From: Bythopirellula sp.
GTDB taxonomy: Bacteria; Planctomycetota; Planctomycetia; Pirellulales; Lacipirellulaceae
Reading direction: 5' to 3'
Length of the DNA: 64,000 bases
NCBI GenBank assembly: GCA_965216565.1
Contig: OZ244170.1
Span: 4,960,001 to 5,024,000 of the forward strand
A program made the position numbers and the translations under genes. Each line of letters begins with the position of its first letter. The first letter of the stretch is position 1. Under the pieces are notes generated by a model. That model was given only the letters and a program-made list of their open reading frames with translations. It had not been told where the DNA came from and made no database searches. Positions 31,070-39,034 of this stretch are shown here, piece after piece.

Positions 31070-31855
31070 ATGACGCCCGTTTCTCGCCCCGATTGGCAGC
31101 TACCTCCCGGCGTGGGACGCGGATTGTGGGACTACAGCCGCTCGCGATCGATTGCTGAGGATTACGACGATTACTTCGCGTTCAACTCCCTCTTCGATTT
31201 CGACGAGCAGGTTTTGCTGGATTACCTCCAACCACCGGGCTTGGTCGCCGATCTAGGTTGTGGAACAGGTCGGGCTCTAGAGCCGTTGATCGAAGCTGGC
31301 CATCGCGGGCTAGCGATCGATCTCTCACAGCCGATGCTGGAGGTGGTTCATGAAAAGTTCCAGGGCGAGGCAGGGCAGCCGATTCAATGCCTCCGAGCGA
31401 ATCTAGTTCAGCTCGATGCCCTGCGCGATGCCTCGGTCGATCATGCCATCTGCATGTTCAGCACTTTGGGAATGATCCGAGGCCGCGAGAATCGTCAGCA
31501 GGCGCTAAGGCACGTCCGGAGGATATTGAAACCAGGGGGCCGGTTTGTATTCCACGTGCACAACTATTGGTACAACCTCCGCGACCCCGGTGGTCCAGGC
31601 TGGGTGGCGAAGAATTTGCTCACCGCCCCATTTTCCAAATCGATCGAGGTTGGCGACAAGTGGTTTCCTTATCGGGGCCTCACGAACATGTATTTACACG
31701 TCTTCCGTTGGCGGGAGTTGGCCGTCGACTTGCGGCAAGCCAAGCTGGAGATAGTCAAACAAATTAGGCTCGATACGGCCCGACGCCACCCACTGAAATG
31801 GCCCTGGCTGTTCCCAGCGATTCGGACGAACGGTTGGATCGTTGTGTGTGAGTGA
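31070..31855 (+). CDS. Class I SAM-dependent methyltransferase
   Basis: VADLGCGTGR motif I, IDLS..ML, RILKPGG.F. Confidence 0.9.
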   Translation: MTPVSRPDWQLPPGVGRGLWDYSRSRSIAEDYDDYFAFNSLFDFDEQVLLDYLQPPGLVADLGCGTGRALEPLIEAGHRGLAIDLSQPMLEVVHEKFQGEAGQPIQCLRANLVQLDALRDASVDHAICMFSTLGMIRGRENRQQALRHVRRILKPGGRFVFHVHNYWYNLRDPGGPGWVAKNLLTAPFSKSIEVGDKWFPYRGLTNMYLHVFRWRELAVDLRQAKLEIVKQIRLDTARRHPLKWPWLFPAIRTNGWIVVCE

Positions 31856-31941
31856 ACCCTCAGGGGAAATCTGTGACTATCTTTTCAGAAACCCCCTCGG
31901 CTCGTTGACGCCACTATATCGTCTCTCGTAAGGTGCAAGGT

Positions 31942-32766
31942 ATGCCCAGCGAACGCCCAGCGTCAGAACAACCAAGCCAGCCGCGGATCACCGTGCCCAA
32001 ATTCTCCGGCATGAAGCAGTCGGGGCAGAAGATCTCGATGATCACCGCCTACGACTACACGATGGCTCGGCTTGTAGACGCGGCGGGGGTCGAGGGCGTA
32101 TTGGTTGGCGATAGTATGTCGATGGTTGTCCAAGGGCACGAGAACACGCTGCCGGTGACCTTAGATGAGATGATCTACCATGCAGAAATGGTGGGCCGCG
32201 CGGTCAAGCACGCTATGGTTGTGGTGGATATGCCATTCCCTAGTTTTCATCTGGGCCCGCATAAGGCGATTGAAAACGCCGGCCGCATTCTCAAGGAGAC
32301 GCGCTGTCAGGCGGTGAAACTCGAAGGCGGTGCCGACCAGGCGGAAACTATCAGGGCACTCGTCTCTGCCGGTATCCCGGTGATGGCCCATTGCGGACTC
32401 AGACCCCAAAGCGTCCACCAACTCGGCGGCTATCGGGTGCAGCGAGACGAGAACGCGCTGTTGCACGATGCCCGCGCTGCCGCCGAAGCCGGCGCATTTG
32501 CCATGGTTCTGGAATGCGTGCCATCCGATATCGCAGCCCGCATCACGGAGAAAGTCTCGATTCCCACCATCGGCATCGGAGCGGGCCCCGATTGCGACGG
32601 TCAGGTGCTCGTGCTCAACGACGTCTTGGGACTCACCAGCGACTATCTCCCGCGCTTCGTCAAGAAGTATGCCAATCTGAGTGAGGACATCACCACCGCA
32701 ATCCGCAGCTACCGCGACGAAGTGCGCGGGGGCCAGTTCCCCGATGCCGACCATGGGTATGAATGA
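31942..32766 (+). CDS. panB: 3-methyl-2-oxobutanoate hydroxymethyltransferase
   Basis: ITAYDY, VLVGDS, VDMPF, AVKLEGG, PTIGIGAGP.CDGQVLV. Confidence 0.97.
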   Translation: MPSERPASEQPSQPRITVPKFSGMKQSGQKISMITAYDYTMARLVDAAGVEGVLVGDSMSMVVQGHENTLPVTLDEMIYHAEMVGRAVKHAMVVVDMPFPSFHLGPHKAIENAGRILKETRCQAVKLEGGADQAETIRALVSAGIPVMAHCGLRPQSVHQLGGYRVQRDENALLHDARAAAEAGAFAMVLECVPSDIAARITEKVSIPTIGIGAGPDCDGQVLVLNDVLGLTSDYLPRFVKKYANLSEDITTAIRSYRDEVRGGQFPDADHGYE

Positions 32767-33352
32767 GGCTGTCTCCATCAGTTGCAACTGTGGACAGGTT
32801 CACGCGATTCGTGAAATACAAGCGGGTTCTCAGATTCGGTGTTCTTGTGGCCGTAGCGTTGATGTCCCGAGCTTGGGCAATCTGAGACAACTTGCTGGCA
32901 AAGAGGCTTACGTCACGAACCCTGCGGAAGCCATCAGAAAGAGTGTCGCGCAGGGAATAGAGCCTGCAGGCAACTCGTGTTTAGTTTGTGGCTCAGATGT
33001 CTCCAACACTTATCGATGTGTCGCTGAATGTGAAAGGTCGTTGACCAAAGACGCACAAAATAACGAAAACTCACTAGTCCGTTTTCTGGCTCGGCTGATC
33101 TCCGTTATCCTAATTCCAAAACTACTTGTGATTTATCTCTTCAGCCGTCCTGCTGCCAATTCCGAACCTCAAGTGTTTGGACATGACGTGGCCGTCGAAT
33201 TCCAACTGCCTGTTTGTGAACAGTGTGCCCAAGCAGGTCATGACCCACGAAAACATCGTGTCGCGAGAAAGATGCTGCAAGAAGTTGATCTGCTGAACCA
33301 ACTGCTCGAATACTATCCCGCGATTGCTCTCAGAATTGAGCGGTTGGAGTAA
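32759..33352 (+). CDS. Cys-rich (zinc-ribbon) membrane protein, hypothetical
   Basis: ATG overlaps the panB end. CNCG...CSCG, CLVC and CEQC pairs plus one hydrophobic segment; visibly more AT-rich than its neighbours. Confidence 0.7.
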   Translation: MNEAVSISCNCGQVHAIREIQAGSQIRCSCGRSVDVPSLGNLRQLAGKEAYVTNPAEAIRKSVAQGIEPAGNSCLVCGSDVSNTYRCVAECERSLTKDAQNNENSLVRFLARLISVILIPKLLVIYLFSRPAANSEPQVFGHDVAVEFQLPVCEQCAQAGHDPRKHRVARKMLQEVDLLNQLLEYYPAIALRIERLE

Positions 33353-33354
33353 AC

Positions 33355-33777
33355 TTACCGATGCAGTTGGCAAGCATCACTCTCACAAGCTTCGGTCCCG
33401 CTGAGCCGATAGCGATTCTTAGCGATCCATCGATACACGGGCTGCATTACCAACATGCTTCCCGGGAAGTGCAGAAACGGCGCCGCCCACCACAGTCGGC
33501 GTAGGCGTCGCGACAAATAACGAATCGCGTGGGCACCCCAGTGACGATTTCCATTGGTATCGACGATGCACATCTCGGTCATCAACCGCTCGTGCGAAAG
33601 ATCGGGCCAGCGCTCTTGCACAAGCGGATCGTGGAGCGATAGGTACGACAACTTTTGCTGGCAGTCCCACCAAGGCAGCTTGCTCACCTGGCTGGTGCAA
33701 ATACGGCAATCGCCATCGTAGATCACCACATCGGTGTCCGGACGTTGGTCAGGCGAGGGCAGGGGAGTGTCGGACAT
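33355..33777 (-). CDS. DCC1-like thiol-disulfide oxidoreductase (DUF393)
   Basis: VIYDGDCRIC (DxxCxxC) and YRWIAKNRY. Confidence 0.9.
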   Translation of the reverse strand: MSDTPLPSPDQRPDTDVVIYDGDCRICTSQVSKLPWWDCQQKLSYLSLHDPLVQERWPDLSHERLMTEMCIVDTNGNRHWGAHAIRYLSRRLRRLWWAAPFLHFPGSMLVMQPVYRWIAKNRYRLSGTEACESDACQLHR

Positions 33778-33827
33778 CTAGTTTTTTGGTTCTTTTTTCT
33801 TGTGCAGCAAGTAGGGCCGGGTCGCTC

Positions 33828-33948
33828 TTGTCATTTCGAGGTCTGCCGAGAAATCTAGCTTACCTATGAGTTCGCTGATTGGAGCAGGGAAAGTGCGACG
33901 TTCGGCACGGGTGCGTTCTAGATCCCTCGGTGGACCTCGGGATGACAA
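33828..33948. repeat. Palindromic element family D (TGTCAT...ATGACA)
   Basis: 31-nt arms 33828-33858 and 33918-33948 pair at 29 of 31 positions (4 G.T). Related to 47696-47755. Confidence 0.8.
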
Positions 33949-34103
33949 TTCTCTTGGAATAAACCGCAAGGAATATCAGTAAATCACTTGCCTATCTTAT
34001 TGTGTCGCTAATTGAGGTGACCTGCCTGCCTGGAAGCGGTAAAATAAAACAACCTAGGTTCATTCTAGCCGCCGGGGACTAAGCTCCAACAGGAGAAGTT
34101 GCA

Positions 34104-35759
34104 GTGGAACAGATTCTTGTGCAGGTCAAACGGGCCCAAGCTCGGCTTACTCGACAATTGTTCGTCAACCGACTGCTGCTGAGCCTATTCATTGCCATCG
34201 CCCTAGCAGTGATTGCCATTGCCGTTCCCAAGGTGGCAGTCGTCGAAGACCTGCCAGCCGATTGGCATTGGTACTGTCTTGGTGGTGGACTTCTCGGAGG
34301 GATACTTGCCGCGTCCATCTGGACCGCCATCAGCCATCGCAGCGAACTCGATGCCGCCGTCGAAATCGATTCTCGCTTTGGCCTGCGCGAACGGATCGCC
34401 AGCACGCTTTCGCTTCCGCCCGAGGAAGTCGATACCCCAGCGGGCCAGGCCCTGATGACCGACGCCCTACGATCGATACGCAATGTCGAAGTGCACCAAC
34501 GATTCCCATTGCAGTTAGAGCGTCGGGCCTGGTTGCCTTTGGTTTCCGCAACGATTGCCTTTGTATTGGTATCGCTCGTTGACAATCGCGACGCGCAAAG
34601 CGGGCCCGACCCGCAAGCAGATCAACAAGCCAAAGAGCAAGTGGACGCCGCTACCAAGAAACTCCGCGAACGATTGATCGAACGGCGTAAGCAAGCCGCT
34701 GAAAAGGGACTCAAAGAAGCCGAAGGATTGTTTCGCGAGTTGGAGAAGGAATCGGAAAAGCTTGCCAAAGCCAGCGACGTCGATCGTAAGAAAGCCATGG
34801 TCAAACTCAACGACTTGGCAAAGCAACTCCAGCAGCGTCGCGAAAAATTGGGCGGCGACAAACAGCTGCGCAAACAACTCGAGAACATGAAGAACCTTAG
34901 CAAGGGCCCAGCTGACAAGATGTTCGAGGCCATGAAAAAGGGCGATTGGCAGGCCGCCCAGCAGGAGCTCAAAAAACTGCAGCAAAAGTTAGCCAAGGGA
35001 GAGTTAGGCGATGCTGATAAGAAAGAACTATCAAAGCAACTGGAACAGCTGCAAAAGAAAATGGCGGAAGCGCAGGAAAAGCGCGAGCAGGCAATGAAGG
35101 ACCTGCAAAAGCAAATCGAGCAACAAAAGCAGCAGGGCAATATGCAGCGGGCCGGGGAACTGCAGCAGAAGATGGATCAAATGCAGCAGCAACAGCAGCA
35201 AATGAAAATGATGCAAAAGATGGCCCAAAAGGCAGGCGAGTGCCAGGAGTGTATGAAGCAGGGCGATCAGGACGGCGCTGCCCAAGCAATGCAAGAGATG
35301 ATGCAGAGTATGGAACAGATGCAGCAACAAATGTCGGAAACCGAGATGCTAGACGCAGCCATGGATCAACTGCAGATGGCCAAGGATTCGATGAGTTGTT
35401 CTGAGTGTCAGGGAGAAGGGTGCCAGAGTTGTATGTCGATGGCGATGAGTGATAAGTTCAGCGATAAGATGGGCGGCAAAGGCATGGGGGCGGGCAGGGG
35501 GAGTGGACCGCGTCCCGATGAAAAGAACAGCGTGAACTTCCGCGACTCACGCGTCCGACAAAAGCCTGGCAAAGGTGCCATGGTGCTCGAAGGGGAAGCC
35601 GATGGCCCCAACTTCCGCGGTCAGGTAGGCGAATCGATCAAGCAAGAAATGTCTGCGGCAACAGTTGAAGCAGCCGACCCCACCGTGGTTGAGCAACTCC
35701 CTAAGTCCCGCCGCGAACACGCTGAGGAATTCTTCAATCTCCTCCGCGATGGGGAGTAG
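34104..35759 (+). CDS. Membrane protein with long Q/K/M-rich coiled coil and Cys motifs
   Basis: Three TM segments around AA.EID.RFGL.ER..S, an extended coiled coil, CQEC and CSECQGEGCQSC, a Gly-rich stretch, C-terminal LP..RREHA.EFF. Confidence 0.85.
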   Translation: MEQILVQVKRAQARLTRQLFVNRLLLSLFIAIALAVIAIAVPKVAVVEDLPADWHWYCLGGGLLGGILAASIWTAISHRSELDAAVEIDSRFGLRERIASTLSLPPEEVDTPAGQALMTDALRSIRNVEVHQRFPLQLERRAWLPLVSATIAFVLVSLVDNRDAQSGPDPQADQQAKEQVDAATKKLRERLIERRKQAAEKGLKEAEGLFRELEKESEKLAKASDVDRKKAMVKLNDLAKQLQQRREKLGGDKQLRKQLENMKNLSKGPADKMFEAMKKGDWQAAQQELKKLQQKLAKGELGDADKKELSKQLEQLQKKMAEAQEKREQAMKDLQKQIEQQKQQGNMQRAGELQQKMDQMQQQQQQMKMMQKMAQKAGECQECMKQGDQDGAAQAMQEMMQSMEQMQQQMSETEMLDAAMDQLQMAKDSMSCSECQGEGCQSCMSMAMSDKFSDKMGGKGMGAGRGSGPRPDEKNSVNFRDSRVRQKPGKGAMVLEGEADGPNFRGQVGESIKQEMSAATVEAADPTVVEQLPKSRREHAEEFFNLLRDGE

Positions 35760-35765
35760 TTTGCT

Positions 35766-35807
35766 GGGAGCCTAGAGCTAGGAGCTTAGAGCCTAGAGCT
35801 TAGAGTT
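35766..35807. repeat. Heptamer tandem repeat (6 units, consensus TAGAGCY)
   Basis: GGGAGCC TAGAGCT AGGAGCT TAGAGCC TAGAGCT TAGAGTT. Confidence 0.8.
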
Positions 35808-35856
35808 CTAATTAAGCATTTCACGGTTTGGATGTTACGCTGCTCTCTTCACTTGA

Positions 35857-35911
35857 GTAGCCGCGATCCGACGGATCGCCGGGGAACCTGCGTTCCATAA
35901 GATCGCGGCTA
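35857..35911. repeat. GTAG-tagged REP-like doublet
   Basis: GTAGCC-GCGATCCG-A-CGGATCGC hairpin; TAGCCGCGATC pairs with GATCGCGGCTA (11 bp). Confidence 0.6.
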
Positions 35912-35914
35912 ATG

Positions 35915-36060
35915 AACGAACTCTCCGCGGCTCTCATCCTCTCTGCGAACTCTGAGTTGCATCTTTCCCAGCAATACGCGTGAGCCTCCCAAACCTCGCA
36001 TCCTGCGAAAACCACGGCGCATCCCCCTCTTTGGAGGAGTGCCGATTCTCTCTGAACGCC
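35915..36060 (-). ncRNA. Candidate GGA-rich (Csr/Rsm-type) small RNA
   Basis: Six GGA motifs in 35924-36024 on the minus strand, including the TCGC-AGGAT-GCGA hairpin. Ends are not defined; hypothesis only. Confidence 0.3.
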
Positions 36061-36186
36061 GGAAATTTCCTATTTAGCGGGAAATTATGGCTAATTGGCG
36101 TAGGGCAGAAAAAATAGGAGTTATATACTCTTGGGCGAACTCGTTTCCTTCCCGCCCCAAACCTTCCCAAACGTGGAGATTTCCAG

Positions 36187-38148
36187 GTGTTCCGACATTG
36201 CTCTCATTGGATGAGACCTCTCGCAATAACCCTATTGCTGTGCTCCCCTGCTGCATCGATTGAAGGGCCCACATTGGCCACGGAGGAGGATTTGTCCGCC
36301 TCTCTCTGGGCATTGCGCGGTGAACATCAGCCGCTCACCGAAGCACGGTTTGAGCCGGTTCGAGAGGAACTCCGCCAACGGGCCGCGACCCTGGAGAAGG
36401 TGCTCGATGCCACGAATACGCCCCAACGCTGGCGTGACTATCTCAAGTGGGATCTAATCGAGCCCCATCTGGGAGAAGACCCGAAGATCAATCGCAGAAC
36501 GCTTCGAGAAATCGACACCGTCATTCGGCGATTCCGTTCGAACATGCCCGGCTTGGAACTGAAATCGTTCCGCAACATGGCCCAGGCGTTGCAACGCTAT
36601 CGCGAGCTGGCTTTTTGGTATGCATTGGCAAAACAACGCGATAGCGCACCGATTTACGATTCTTTTGTCAAGAATTTGCAAGAGCAAGTCAAACGGCACA
36701 CGGAGGATCGCACGATTGAAACCGAGCGTCGCATGGGCAAGACCCTAGCTACGATCGATCAACTAGAAAATGCGCCCGAGTTGGTTCACAAACTACGTTC
36801 ACGATTCTCCGGCGTCAATTTTCGGGCCGAGGTTTCGGTCGACGCGATGAATCGACTAGTAAAGCCCATTTGCGAACTGGAGCCGGTGCGCGATTGCATC
36901 CTTGGCGCCAGCGTCCGGGGCCAAGCACTGGCCAATGGCAATGTCCGCTTTGCTGCTCATGAATCAGACGATCAAATGCGGCTCGACATTCACATGGCGG
37001 GCCACATTTCGACCAACACGGTTGGTTACAAGAAACCGGTAAAGGTTTACACCACCGGCTCGACCACTTACTCGGGCATCAAGACGCTGTACATCAGCGA
37101 CGATCGTTTTTCTGCCACGCCAGCCCATATTTCGACTCGAACAACGAATCGGCCTCGTGCGGTAAAAAAGACCGGCGGCAAGTTTGGTCGGCGATTAATA
37201 GAGAAGATCGCCTGGAAAAAGGTATGTGAAAAAAAGGCTCAGACCGAACGCATCGCTTCGGCCAAGGCCAAGAAGAAGCTTACCAAGAAGTTCGACCAGC
37301 GTGTGATGAACGCCCTGACCGAGGGAAGATCCAAATATGTGGGCAAACTGCAAGTGCCCATGCAGCGACGCGGATTTGACATCAATCTCGTGCGATTCCA
37401 ATCCGCGGCCAACAGTGTGCTGGCCAGCATGAAACTGTCGACCGATTATCAATTGTCGACCGACACGCCCCCACCACCTCGGGCTATTTCTAACGACATC
37501 ACCGTGCAACTGCATCAATCCGCGGTCAACAATTACCTGCCGTTCATCCTGGCCGGCGTACAGCTACAGCAAGATTCGGCAGACGAAGCCATGAGCCTCA
37601 AAGGCGATTTGCCTCCGTGGCTCGAGAAGATCTCGAAGGAAAACAAGCTGCGGGATATCACTGCAGGCGACGAAGCCAGTCTTCCTCCAGACGAAGACTT
37701 CAAGCCCTATCGATTGACTTTCAATGGCGAACATCCCGCCAGCGTGAGCTTTGAGGACAACCGCGTCACGATTCGGTTGCGTTTCGAAGAACTAAAAACA
37801 GGCGAAGACGAAGAAGAGCCGCCCCTAGAAAATTGGGATTTCATCATTCACTATCGACTCACTCAGCGAGACAACCAAGTCGTGCTCATTCGCGATGGCG
37901 ATATCGAGGTATTCCCCACGGGTTTCGATCCGCGTTGGGACGAAAAAATGAGCAGCGAGCAAGTTGGCTACCGCAATAACATGGCCAAGAATCTTAACAA
38001 GAAGGCCGAGGAAGGCCGCGGTTTCCCACCCGAGATTGAAATTCCGGCACTTCAGATCGCCAGCCAAGGCGATGCAGGGCGCGAGTTCGCACTCGAGCAA
38101 TTGGAATGCGAGGACGGTTGGTTGACGGTCGGCTATCGCGTGCCGTAA
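36187..38148 (+). CDS. Secreted hypothetical protein, paralogue of 205..2187
   Basis: Signal peptide and colinear shared motifs with the first ORF over its full length. Confidence 0.8.
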   Translation: MFRHCSHWMRPLAITLLLCSPAASIEGPTLATEEDLSASLWALRGEHQPLTEARFEPVREELRQRAATLEKVLDATNTPQRWRDYLKWDLIEPHLGEDPKINRRTLREIDTVIRRFRSNMPGLELKSFRNMAQALQRYRELAFWYALAKQRDSAPIYDSFVKNLQEQVKRHTEDRTIETERRMGKTLATIDQLENAPELVHKLRSRFSGVNFRAEVSVDAMNRLVKPICELEPVRDCILGASVRGQALANGNVRFAAHESDDQMRLDIHMAGHISTNTVGYKKPVKVYTTGSTTYSGIKTLYISDDRFSATPAHISTRTTNRPRAVKKTGGKFGRRLIEKIAWKKVCEKKAQTERIASAKAKKKLTKKFDQRVMNALTEGRSKYVGKLQVPMQRRGFDINLVRFQSAANSVLASMKLSTDYQLSTDTPPPPRAISNDITVQLHQSAVNNYLPFILAGVQLQQDSADEAMSLKGDLPPWLEKISKENKLRDITAGDEASLPPDEDFKPYRLTFNGEHPASVSFEDNRVTIRLRFEELKTGEDEEEPPLENWDFIIHYRLTQRDNQVVLIRDGDIEVFPTGFDPRWDEKMSSEQVGYRNNMAKNLNKKAEEGRGFPPEIEIPALQIASQGDAGREFALEQLECEDGWLTVGYRVP

Positions 38149-38190
38149 GCTGCCCGTTTTGCCCTGCTGCCCTTGCGAAGGATCTCGGCT

Positions 38191-38655
38191 GTGGAAGGTT
38201 CCGTCGACATTTCGTTTGCTTGCTTGCCTCTACGGTCCGTAGGTCGCCTTGATGTCCCCATGGATGCCTCGGGTATTTATCGCATCCGCTACGAACGTTT
38301 GCGAAGTACTATCGAAGAGTACGGACTCGACCGGACCTATTATCTGTACGATGCCCACTGCACGTTCCGTCTTGCCAATAGCGAAATCGAAGGCATGCTC
38401 CGCTTCAATTTCGAGGGTATCGTTCGCACTGACGCCGGCGATGCCATCACCGAGGAAGTAAAACTCGAAACCGAACTCGTCAGCGAAACCTGTGGTGGCG
38501 TGCCCGAAGAAGTTCAGCAGTGGCTCCACACGCGTATCGAACGGGCGGTCGCTCTCGAATTCGACCGCTTCATCTCAGCCGGCCAACTTGGCAACCGCAC
38601 CGAAGAATTGGGGCAACTAGAACGCCTCAGCGACCTAGAAGACTTTTCGGTCTAG
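38191..38655 (+). CDS. Hypothetical protein
   Basis: GTG start after a GAAGGA RBS; protein-like composition (ISFACLPLRSVGRLDVP.DAS...SETC...EFDRFI.AG). Confidence 0.75.
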   Translation: MEGSVDISFACLPLRSVGRLDVPMDASGIYRIRYERLRSTIEEYGLDRTYYLYDAHCTFRLANSEIEGMLRFNFEGIVRTDAGDAITEEVKLETELVSETCGGVPEEVQQWLHTRIERAVALEFDRFISAGQLGNRTEELGQLERLSDLEDFSV

Positions 38656-38691
38656 TGGATAGAGTACCAAGCTAGCTATTCCAGATCTTAC

Positions 38692-38716
38692 TAGCCGGAC
38701 CGCCACGCGGTCCGAC
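38692..38716. repeat. Internally deleted family A element
   Basis: TAGCCGGACCGCCA-C-GCGGTCCGAC matches both ends of 27927-27970. Confidence 0.65.
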
Positions 38717-39034
38717 AAGGTTGCGAACTCCGAGTCGTTGCTAGCTGCTAGCAAGGCAACGCCCTTCTATTCGTCCATTCCTGGCCAGCGAACGAACTAT
38801 GTCAAAGTTTGACGGTTAGGTCGACGATAACAATTCTGCTGACTATCCAAAGAGCGCTGCGCGCCCCGTTTTCTTGGGCGAAAAGTGCTAGCGGATTGAC
38901 CAGACCGGGGGGGACAGAATCGTGGTCAGCGGTGATCTAGTGCGTCGTATCGCGCCGGATGTTGCCACGATTACCCGGGCGATGGCCCCGCGGCCGACCA
39001 AGCCGTGGAAAATCGAAGCTAGGAATGCAGCAAA

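Noticed and set aside
34900..35400. CAG/CAA-rich repeats as a possible repeat array or CRISPR
   Set aside because: They encode the Gln-rich coiled coil, and no constant repeat with unique spacers is seen here or anywhere in the window.
35821..36015. 64-aa minus-strand ORF
   Set aside because: It runs through a REP-like hairpin and has no recognisable features. A non-coding reading seems more likely, though translation is not excluded.
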